Part shown: piece after piece, positions 56,252 through 64,000 of the stretch | How the letters are laid out: the number at the start of each line of letters is the position of its first letter | Position numbering within the stretch: the stretch's first letter is position 1 | Source of the DNA: Minisyncoccota bacterium | GTDB lineage: Bacteria > Patescibacteriota > Minisyncoccia > Phycocordibacterales > UBA9973 | Assembly: GCA_041661005.1 (NCBI GenBank) | Contig: JBAZVG010000001.1 | Coordinates: forward strand, 295,544-359,543 | Direction of reading: 5' to 3' | DNA: 64,000 nt | Translations under genes and position numbers: made by a program | The notes under the pieces: generated by a model | Told to the model about the DNA's origin: nothing | The model's database searches: none | Seen by the model: the letters and a program-made list of their open reading frames with translations, nothing else

Positions 56252-58450
56252 ATGGACGACAAACTGCGAGAAAAACTGCTCAAGCCTTATGACCCTAAAG
56301 AAACCGAAGAAAGAATCTACAAGCTATGGGAGGATAGCGGTTTTTTTAACCCAGATGTCTGTATCGAAAAAGGAATAACTGAAGCTAATGCTAAGCCTTT
56401 TACTATAATAATGCCTCCACCAAATGCAAATGGAAGATTGCACGCAGGTCATGCCCTGTTTGTGACCCTTGAAGACATAATGACAAGATACCATCGTATG
56501 AAGGGTGACCGCACTTTGTGGGTTCCCGGAGCTGACCATGCTGGTTTTGAAACTCAAATTGTTTATGAGAGAAAACTAGAAAAAGAAGGGCGCTCAAGAT
56601 TTGAAATGACACCAGAAGATTTATATAAAGAAATTTATGACTTTACAATTACAAATAAAAAATTCATGGAAGATGATATTCGTAGACTAGGAGCATCTTG
56701 TGATTGGTCTAGGGAAAAATTTACATTAGACCCAGACATTGTAAAAACAGTTCAAAATACTTTTGATAAAATGTTTAACGACGGATTAATTTATCGTGGT
56801 GATCGTATTGTAAACTGGTGTGCAAAACATCAAACTTCCCTCTCTGAAGTTGAGACAGAATTTGAAGAACGCACAGAACCATTTTATTATCTTCAATATG
56901 GCCCATTTGTAATAAGCACTTCTAGGCCAGAAACAAAATTTGGAGATAAATATGTCGTAATGCATCCAAAAGATGAAAGATACAAGGAATACAAAGATGG
57001 ACAAAAAATTGATTTGGAATGGATCAACGGTCCCATTACCGCAACGGTGATCAAAGATGAAAGTATAGATATGGAATTTGGAACAGGAGTTATGACCATT
57101 ACCCCATGGCACGATCAAGTCGATTTTGAAATTTCAGAAAGGCATAATTTAGAAAAAGAACAGATTATAGATTGGAAAGGTAAGCTTTTACCTATCGCTG
57201 GGGAATTTACTGGTATTCATATTTCAAAAGCACGCACAAAAATCATTGAAAAATTAAAAGAAAAAGGGCTTTTGGTCAAAATTGATGAATCATACAAACA
57301 CAATGTGAAAGTATGTTTTAAGTGTAATACTGTTATTGAACCACAGATTAAAGACCAATGGTTTATTAAAATGCGTCCACTGGCAGATAAAGCACTAGAA
57401 GCAGTTGAAAGTGGAAAAATAAAATTCTACCCAGAAAATTATAAGAAAATTTTTCAATACTGGATGACCAATACCATTGATTGGAACATTTCAAGACAAA
57501 TCGTCTGGGGTATTCCTATCCCAGCCAAGATTTGTATTACTTGCAAAAAAGGATATTCAGACTTAAAAGATGAATTAAAGAAATGCACTTGTGGTAGCGA
57601 ACTAATAAAAGATACAGATACTTTTGATACATGGTTCTCTTCTGGTCAATGGACACTTCTTGCTCTTGGATATCCAGACACCAAAGAATTAGATATTTAT
57701 CATCCAACAGATGTTATGGAAACTGGACGCGATCTAATTTTTAAATGGATTCCTAGAATGGTTATTTTTGCTCTTTATCTTCGCAACGAAGTGGCTTTTA
57801 GAAATGTTTATTTACATGGATTAGTGAATGATGAAAAAGGAGAAAAAATGAGCAAGTCAAAAGGAAATGTTGTGAATCCAATTGAATTAGTAGATATTTT
57901 CGGAACAGATGCCTTAAGAATGGCATTAGTAGTCGGAAATACTCCAGGCACAGATTTATCACTCTCTAGAGATAGAGTTAAAGGCTATAAAAACTTTGCA
58001 AATAAAATTTGGAATGCAACACGTTTTGTTTTGGATAATACAAAAAACTTTACTGTCTCAGAAACTCCAAAATACGACGAAGAAGATAATAAGTCAGATG
58101 AAGAATTAAAAACTTTGATGGAAGAAATCACCAAAGAAATGGATGAGTATAAATTCTATATTGTATCTGAAAAACTTTATCATTATTTCTGGCACACTTT
58201 CGCAGACATTATCATCGAACGATCCAAAAAAAAGATTTTGGCCTCGCCCGTAGGCTCTGGTCCGAGGGAGAACAAAAACGCCGACTCGGCAAAGACGCTC
58301 CTATACACGCAACTGAATATGCTATTAAAAGCTCTACACCCCTTCACGCCTTTTGTTACGGAAGAAATCTGGTCTATGATGCCCGCTACCAATAAAAATC
58401 TTTTAATGGTTGAAAAATGGCCTGCCCCATCGGCAGATAAAACATGTTAA
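56252..58450 (+). CDS. valS: Valine--tRNA ligase (short form lacking the C-terminal coiled coil)
   Basis: PPPNANG-LHAGH, WNISRQIVWG, DTWFSS, KMSKS. Confidence 0.97.
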   Translation: MDDKLREKLLKPYDPKETEERIYKLWEDSGFFNPDVCIEKGITEANAKPFTIIMPPPNANGRLHAGHALFVTLEDIMTRYHRMKGDRTLWVPGADHAGFETQIVYERKLEKEGRSRFEMTPEDLYKEIYDFTITNKKFMEDDIRRLGASCDWSREKFTLDPDIVKTVQNTFDKMFNDGLIYRGDRIVNWCAKHQTSLSEVETEFEERTEPFYYLQYGPFVISTSRPETKFGDKYVVMHPKDERYKEYKDGQKIDLEWINGPITATVIKDESIDMEFGTGVMTITPWHDQVDFEISERHNLEKEQIIDWKGKLLPIAGEFTGIHISKARTKIIEKLKEKGLLVKIDESYKHNVKVCFKCNTVIEPQIKDQWFIKMRPLADKALEAVESGKIKFYPENYKKIFQYWMTNTIDWNISRQIVWGIPIPAKICITCKKGYSDLKDELKKCTCGSELIKDTDTFDTWFSSGQWTLLALGYPDTKELDIYHPTDVMETGRDLIFKWIPRMVIFALYLRNEVAFRNVYLHGLVNDEKGEKMSKSKGNVVNPIELVDIFGTDALRMALVVGNTPGTDLSLSRDRVKGYKNFANKIWNATRFVLDNTKNFTVSETPKYDEEDNKSDEELKTLMEEITKEMDEYKFYIVSEKLYHYFWHTFADIIIERSKKKILASPVGSGPRENKNADSAKTLLYTQLNMLLKALHPFTPFVTEEIWSMMPATNKNLLMVEKWPAPSADKTC

Positions 58451-59160
58451 CAGGCGATCCTAAAATTTTAAGCATAGCGTTTCTAGGTGGAATTATTCCA
58501 TCTCTTCTGTGGCTGTGGTTCTGGGTTAAGAAAGAAGAAAAAGAACCCGAGCCAAAAATAATCCTTTTGATGATTTTCCTTATGGGAATGGTAGCGGTCG
58601 TTTTTGTCCTGCCAATCCAAAAATTCATACAAGAGAACATTGGCTCGCGCGAATTTCAGATTATCCTGTGGGCGGGCGCAGAAGAAATGATTAAATATCT
58701 TGCCGTTATGATCATCCTTTTTAAAGCAACTCGCGTCCATGAACCCATAGATTGGCCTATCTACATGATCACCGCAGCCTTAGGCTTCGCAGCGCTGGAA
58801 AATGCCCTATTTTTGAAGCAATCGCTCTCTTTGGACCAGACTACGGTCGGGCTATTTACTGCCGCGTCGATAGGCCAGCTTCGATTTCTTGGATCAACTC
58901 TTCTTCATGCTGTCTCAAGTGGAATTCTCGGCATCGGATTAGGAATTTCGATCTACATGACAAAATTTAAGAGAAAATTATATATCTTTATCGGTTTAGT
59001 TTTGGCTATTGCCTTGCATAGTGTCTTTAATTTTTTTATAATGAAGATAAGATTAGATGATGGAAATGGTTTTTTGGAAATATTGAAAGTGTTTGCTTTC
59101 TTGTGGGTCGTCACTATCATTGTAATGTTACTTTTTGAAAAAATAAGAAGAATGAATTAA
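58444..59160 (+). CDS. prsW: PrsW-family intramembrane metalloprotease
   Basis: EEMIK, ALGFAALEN, LLHA, LHSVFN motifs. Confidence 0.88.
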   Translation: MLTGDPKILSIAFLGGIIPSLLWLWFWVKKEEKEPEPKIILLMIFLMGMVAVVFVLPIQKFIQENIGSREFQIILWAGAEEMIKYLAVMIILFKATRVHEPIDWPIYMITAALGFAALENALFLKQSLSLDQTTVGLFTAASIGQLRFLGSTLLHAVSSGILGIGLGISIYMTKFKRKLYIFIGLVLAIALHSVFNFFIMKIRLDDGNGFLEILKVFAFLWVVTIIVMLLFEKIRRMN

Positions 59161-59184
59161 GATTATCAACTAAATAAAATTTTT

Positions 59185-59664
59185 ATGGATAAAAAAAGAA
59201 GTTTTTGGGAGAGATTGACTGGAAGCGTTAATGTCGAGGAGAAATACGAAGAACCAAAGAAAAATTCAATGGCAGGCAGTAATGGAGGCAGGAAAGACAA
59301 GAAGAACGGCAACTGGATCGAAGAAGAAAACGAAGAAGCAGAATTGGCGGTAGATGTTTACCAGTCTGGAACAAATATAATCGTGGAAACCATGGTTGCT
59401 GGAGTTAAACCAGAAGACTTGGAGCTGTCAATCGCCCGCGACATGGTCACCATCGTCGGCAAACGTGAAGAACATCGAAATATAGACGAAGAAAATTATT
59501 TTACAAAAGAACTCTATTGGGGGAAATTTTCCCGCACCATATCTCTTCCTCAAGAGATAGAACCGGAAGAAGTCGAGGCGACGGAACGCCATGGCCTTCT
59601 CACCATTCGCCTGCAGAAAGTGGATAAAGATAAGAAAAACAATATAAAAGTAAGGTCAATCTAG
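59185..59664 (+). CDS. Hsp20/alpha-crystallin small heat-shock protein
   Basis: VDVYQ, AGVKPEDL, ELYWGKFSRTISLP, GLLTIRL. Confidence 0.92.
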   Translation: MDKKRSFWERLTGSVNVEEKYEEPKKNSMAGSNGGRKDKKNGNWIEEENEEAELAVDVYQSGTNIIVETMVAGVKPEDLELSIARDMVTIVGKREEHRNIDEENYFTKELYWGKFSRTISLPQEIEPEEVEATERHGLLTIRLQKVDKDKKNNIKVRSI

Positions 59665-59691
59665 TAAATATTTTTTGTGGTGTGTCTTTTA

Positions 59692-60357
59692 AACTCGGCT
59701 AGAACTTATTTCATTAAAAATTCGGCGGAAACCCGAAATGTAAACAAGGTCTCGGTTTTGCTAAAGCGATTCTTGGGGAAATGATTTAGCAAAACCTCGG
59801 CTAATATTTTCTTAAATTCGGCGAGATTCCGAATTCTGCCCGCAGGGGGTTTGGGGGAATGCGGGAAACTCAAAATTCAAAATGCTCGGTGCCTTCGTTC
59901 ATCATATCATATTGTGTTTGGTCTAAAGGAATACACCCGAGGCATCCGCCTCGGGAATTTCCGCTAGGGCTACGAGCGCCAGTTCTAGGAGCGGATTTTG
60001 CCGAACGGCTCAAATACCAGGAAATGAGCCGTTCAAGCAAAAACCCGCAACTGGTTGGGGAGAGGATTCTCCTCTCCCCAGTGCGTTGCCTCGGTTCGTG
60101 CTCGTTTCACTCGCATCCCGCAGAGCGGGACAGGGCTCACCCCACCCGGCCGCACAAACCCCTCTCAGGTTTTTCATGTCCGTGTTTAGTGTGTCGCTTT
60201 CGCTACGATACTTTGTATTGCATATCACTCAGGCGCTCGTCTTTAGCCCAGACACCCTAGCGGAAATTCCCGAAGGCGCAATGCACTCGTGCTTGCCCCG
60301 AGTTTGCGGTTACGCAAACTCACCCCACCCGTGCGTGCACGCGGGAACTCACTCCCT
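59692..60357. other. GC-rich, highly self-complementary non-coding element
   Basis: Direct repeats 59692-59740/59793-59835; long inverted repeat 59951-59968/60256-60273; many local hairpins; no credible ORF. Confidence 0.55.
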
Positions 60358-60368
60358 TATTTTATTAA

Positions 60369-60546
60369 TTAATTTGCATTCATCTTGGCTTTAGTCTTCG
60401 GACCAATCAGTCCATCTGGAACTAAACCAAGATGTAGTTTGTCATTCAAGAATCTCTGAAGTTCCTTGACAACTCCACCCAAACTCCAGAGTCGGAGGGT
60501 GACGGTTCCGAGGTTGTAAGTATTAGTAGTAGTTGCTGTAGACAAT
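60369..60546 (-). pseudogene. Orphan copy of a C-terminal peptidoglycan-binding domain
   Basis: YNLGTVTLRLWSLGGVVKELQRFLNDKLHLGLVPDGLIGPKTKAKMNAN, homologous to the end of the 61230 gene. Confidence 0.75.
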
Positions 60547-60615
60547 TGTTGACAACACTACTCTTTTTACTAAAATAGTCAGATGAAAAAATTACAAACT
60601 TTTTCTTTTTCAAAA

Positions 60616-61212
60616 TCAGTAGTGGCCCCAACATTCAGCCCCAGGCGTATAAATAGACCAAGCTGTAACATTACTGCCATCTCCCGAACCACTGCAACTT
60701 CCTGAAAAAGGTTGGTTACCTCCTACATTCTTTGGTCCACCGTCATATACTGGGTCAGCATGATTTTTAAGAAGGTCGGGATTCTCAGGATTCAAAAACA
60801 GAAGTTTAAAATCTGTTCCATCGCTCGCATAAAGATATTTTCTAGTTACTGGTACACCATAGCATGTTTTCGAAGGATCGTTGGGTACATCTTTCATATA
60901 CGGTTCCATCGCAGTTTTAAATGGAAGAGACCAATCATTACTACTCACACAACTATAATCTCTTTTACAATGAGAAACCCCAGCTAAATCATGACATCCA
61001 GTAGTAATAGGTATATAATAACCACCACCATGATCCGCGGCATAAAGTTCTACGGCAATATGCATCTGTTCTAAATCATTTATTCTTACAGCATCTCTAG
61101 TTTTAGCTCTAGCACTATTAAGTGAGCTCAAAACTATACTCGACAAAAGACCTATTATTGAGACTACTACAAGAAGTTCTATCAGTGTAAATCCTTTCGT
61201 GTTTAATTTCAT
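60616..61212 (-). CDS. Type IV pilin / pseudopilin
   Basis: Class III signal KGFTLIELLVVVSIIGLL, ARAKTRDAVRINDL, PNDP. Confidence 0.92.
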   Translation of the reverse strand: MKLNTKGFTLIELLVVVSIIGLLSSIVLSSLNSARAKTRDAVRINDLEQMHIAVELYAADHGGGYYIPITTGCHDLAGVSHCKRDYSCVSSNDWSLPFKTAMEPYMKDVPNDPSKTCYGVPVTRKYLYASDGTDFKLLFLNPENPDLLKNHADPVYDGGPKNVGGNQPFSGSCSGSGDGSNVTAWSIYTPGAECWGHY

Positions 61213-61229
61213 AAAATATTTTCATTTTC

Positions 61230-64000
61230 TTATTGCGCATTCATCATCGCCTTCGTCTTCGGACCAACTAGTCCATCGGATACTAGATTGTGATCAGTTT
61301 GCCATTTCTTGATAACTGCAATTGTCTTAGGGCCGAGAATTCCATCCAGAACTAGACCAAGATTTAGTTTGTCATTCAAGAATCTCTGAAGTTCTTTGAC
61401 GGCTTCACCTCGGCTCCAGAGTCTTAGAGTGACCGTGCCGAGATTGTAATTTGAAGCGCTGGTTGGAACATTTCCAATACAGGAAACTCCAGTGGTTGAA
61501 GAGAAGCCAGATGTTCTGTTGCCACAGCCTGGGATGGTGGAAGGGGTGGTAGGAGGAGCAACCACGATTGGTGTTTTTGATACTGAAGCATTCATCATGG
61601 CTTTGGTTTTAGCTCCAATTAATCCGTCTGGTACTAGACCATGATCGAGTTGCCATTTCTTGATGACGATAATTGTTTGTACGCCTAGTTTACCATCTAC
61701 TACTAGACCTAGATTCATTGTGGCATTCAAGAATCTCTGTAGTTCCTTGACTGCTTCACCAACACTACCTTCCTTGAGAGTGACATTACCGAAGTTGTAG
61801 GTACCAGAGGATGAAGAATTTAGAGCACATGATTGACCAGTAGTTTTACTGAAGCCAACTGTTCCATTGTCACATCCTGCAATTGTATTGAGTGGACTAT
61901 TTCCGCCTAATGTATCTGAAGGAGGATTATTGACATTACCTCCTCCTCCCCCAGGAGAAGGTTGAGTGACAGATGGAATGACGGTAAAAGTAGCAATGAC
62001 AGTTGAATCTTGAGTAGGGACAAAGGAACATGAGTTTACTCCAGAGCAGTATCCACCACTCCAACCGGTGAAGGTGGAACCAGATGATGGAGTTGCGGTG
62101 AGAGTGATTGCACTACCTGTAGTGTGACTACAGTCTGTGCCACAATTAATGCCTGTGGCTGTGACAGTACCGCTACCAGACCCAGATTTGTTGACAGTAA
62201 CAGTATGAGTAGAAGGAGTAGGATCAGTGCCTTCGATTACTGTATAAGTGGAAAAGCCAGAGACAGTGAAGACAAGAGTCTTTCCTTGACCTGCGACTGT
62301 AGAGTAAGAAGGAGTGCCACAAGTGGTACATAATACTCCATCTTTTAATATTTTTACTGTATTAAAGGAGAGGTTGTAGAGAGTGATGGTAGCAGGACGG
62401 TTTAACTCAGGAAGTGAAGTAGAATTGAGAGTGACTAAGGCTTGTCCAATAGTGAGATGAGAGTCGATGTCAAGCGCATCACCATTACTCTTGATTAACG
62501 GAGCGTTGGTGAAGGAAACTTTGCCATATGCAGTACCCAAGTCGAAAGAAGATGAATTGAGATCACCGCTTAGTGTAGGTTTGATTGTGAAATGGGTGAG
62601 TTTAGGCAAAGGACAGCCAAGGGTGTTAACTGTTACCCCAAGCGGAGTGCTACCACATTTATCATTAATATTTAAGACTCCATCGTTGTCCAAGTCATTA
62701 GAAGGAGGAGTCGGGAGAGTTGAGAAAGTTCCATCACCGGATGTAGTAGGATTCCCAGCTGCATCAGTTGAGATTATTCGGTAGTGGTAGATGCTGTTAG
62801 GAGTGAGAGAAATTAATGTCATTGTTCCAGAAGAAGTGGAAGCACTGCTATTGCCATATCCAACTGTCGCTCCATATTGAATGATGGTGGTAGTAGGTTC
62901 ATTGTTAGACCAAGAAATGGTGGCACTGGTTGTGGTTAAGTTAGAAGCATTGATACCGGTGATGGAAGGAGCAGTGGTGTCGGCAGGGATGGAAGAAATT
63001 GAAATAGAACAAGATGCTGTGGTTCCTCCGTTTGAACCTAGACATGACCAGAGGTAGTTGGTACTGGTGTCAGTGATGTCGGAGAAGGTGCCGGTGGTGC
63101 ATTGATTGAGGGTGGTGGAGCAGAGGCCGTTCTCAGGAGTTTGGGTACTGCCACCAGAATATTCATAGGCACCTATGTCCCAAGAGGATCCACGGGTAAT
63201 TCCTGACCTATCTTTAAGAATAAATGAGTCGGATCCAGATAAATTTAGATTGGGTAGCGAAGACAGATTTCTTCCTTTATTGATTACATTTGTCGAATTT
63301 GATGTCGGAGCAAGATTTGCACTGAGTTGCGGGTTTTGAGTTTCGCTCATATCAGTCGTGTATCGCTGTGGCAAAAATACATTGGCTGAATTTTGACTTT
63401 TAAATGTTGCGTACGGCATGGTAAATTCCACATTAAATGTACCCATGTCTTTCATGTTGACTTGAACTTTTGTGCTTGCACCTGCTGGACCGGGGGCATA
63501 AATATTATTATCAAAGACAACATTGTTATTGGTCGAGCCTCCCCACCCAGTGATGCCCCATTTTGGATTTAGGTCTCGTCCAAATCCTATGCCGGTAGAA
63601 TTGGTCATTGAATTATCGTAGAAAATATTATTGAGAACGTAGAAATTGGAAATAGTAGGGTCATAGGGAATCGGATTGTTGCCATCAGACTGGCCACCTT
63701 GTCCGGCAGAGGCATAGAGATGGAGTCCTGAACCGCTTCCGGTAAAGCCGACCATGGTGTTATTTGCAATTACTACATCAGATATCGAAGCCCACGAACC
63801 ACCGCTTGGAGCTTGAGGCGAGAATGTGATACCGAGACTCCCGGTTTGAGCGCTTGCATTGGTGTAGCCACTGCCGACATTGTTTATCATTCTGATACAA
63901 CATAAATTAGCATCATTGACTTCAGGAAGTGGGTTCATATAGAATCCCTGACTCGTGCGATCGTATTCGCCAAAGTCGTAAAAATAATTACTCCATACTC
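61230..64000 (-). CDS. Large surface protein: beta-helix region, FN3-like and Ig-like repeat domains, two peptidoglycan-binding domains (5' end outside the window)
   Basis: NNT/NNIF beta-helix repeats, WDIGAYEY, DTTAPSI, SGSTFTGWSG, VKELQRFLN..DG..G..T twice; frame stays open to the window edge. Confidence 0.85.
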   Translation of the reverse strand, partial: VWSNYFYDFGEYDRTSQGFYMNPLPEVNDANLCCIRMINNVGSGYTNASAQTGSLGITFSPQAPSGGSWASISDVVIANNTMVGFTGSGSGLHLYASAGQGGQSDGNNPIPYDPTISNFYVLNNIFYDNSMTNSTGIGFGRDLNPKWGITGWGGSTNNNVVFDNNIYAPGPAGASTKVQVNMKDMGTFNVEFTMPYATFKSQNSANVFLPQRYTTDMSETQNPQLSANLAPTSNSTNVINKGRNLSSLPNLNLSGSDSFILKDRSGITRGSSWDIGAYEYSGGSTQTPENGLCSTTLNQCTTGTFSDITDTSTNYLWSCLGSNGGTTASCSISISSIPADTTAPSITGINASNLTTTSATISWSNNEPTTTIIQYGATVGYGNSSASTSSGTMTLISLTPNSIYHYRIISTDAAGNPTTSGDGTFSTLPTPPSNDLDNDGVLNINDKCGSTPLGVTVNTLGCPLPKLTHFTIKPTLSGDLNSSSFDLGTAYGKVSFTNAPLIKSNGDALDIDSHLTIGQALVTLNSTSLPELNRPATITLYNLSFNTVKILKDGVLCTTCGTPSYSTVAGQGKTLVFTVSGFSTYTVIEGTDPTPSTHTVTVNKSGSGSGTVTATGINCGTDCSHTTGSAITLTATPSSGSTFTGWSGGYCSGVNSCSFVPTQDSTVIATFTVIPSVTQPSPGGGGGNVNNPPSDTLGGNSPLNTIAGCDNGTVGFSKTTGQSCALNSSSSGTYNFGNVTLKEGSVGEAVKELQRFLNATMNLGLVVDGKLGVQTIIVIKKWQLDHGLVPDGLIGAKTKAMMNASVSKTPIVVAPPTTPSTIPGCGNRTSGFSSTTGVSCIGNVPTSASNYNLGTVTLRLWSRGEAVKELQRFLNDKLNLGLVLDGILGPKTIAVIKKWQTDHNLVSDGLVGPKTKAMMNAQ

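Noticed and set aside
59692-60357. RNase P RNA, tmRNA, or ORFs 59859-60260, 60010-60228 and 60086-60394
   Set aside because: No GAGGAAAGTCC or tRNA-like ends seen; the ORFs have atypical composition and look like by-products of high GC.
60369-61450. Diversity-generating retroelement TR/VR pair
   Set aside because: Differences are mainly synonymous and not adenine-specific, and no reverse transcriptase is in the window.
1-64000. Alternative genetic code (UGA=Gly) as in Gracilibacteria/SR1
   Set aside because: Core genes are full length under the standard code and some genes end in TGA.

Overview
AT-rich bacterial chromosomal window using the standard code (TGA is a stop). Gene content and gene shortening (short ValS, N-terminal-only GlmU, CPR-type S21, type IV pilin, tRNAs without encoded CCA) point to a Patescibacteria/CPR genome, most likely Parcubacteria (inference). 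Core genes: dnaB, recR, rplU, cysS, dnaJ, dnaK, rsmE, the dcw cluster (mraZ-rsmH-ftsL-like-ftsI-murF), lysS, greA, rpsU, ybeY, ftsA, ftsZ, trxB, udg, tsaD, valS, prsW and hsp20, plus four tRNAs (Glu-CTC, Ser-CGA, Glu-TTC, Val-GAC). Main accessory findings: (1) Both tRNA-Glu genes are followed by the same ~155-bp structured leader and then by cargo genes. A ~55-bp repeat ending in a tRNA-3'-like TAGGGTCACA separates single-gene cassettes (5 copies at 21.5-24.2 kb, 1 at 48.3 kb), and the last copy abuts a decayed serine-recombinase start, suggesting an integron-like cassette system. (2) Two ~165-nt putative ncRNAs share promoter, flanks and four-hairpin architecture but not sequence; they bracket a HicAB-like island at the lysS 3' end. 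(3) A defence island carries a CdnE-like CD-NTase with a non-canonical membrane effector and a type II R-M system whose methyltransferase is fused to an intact LexA. (4) A cobalamin riboswitch precedes transcobalamin-like surface proteins. (5) Two VirD4/HerA-like ATPases cluster with Cys-rich proteins sharing a CxxC-x17-CxxC module. (6) Many small palindromes are inserted in frame in housekeeping proteins. All family assignments come from motif recognition by eye; no database searches were run.
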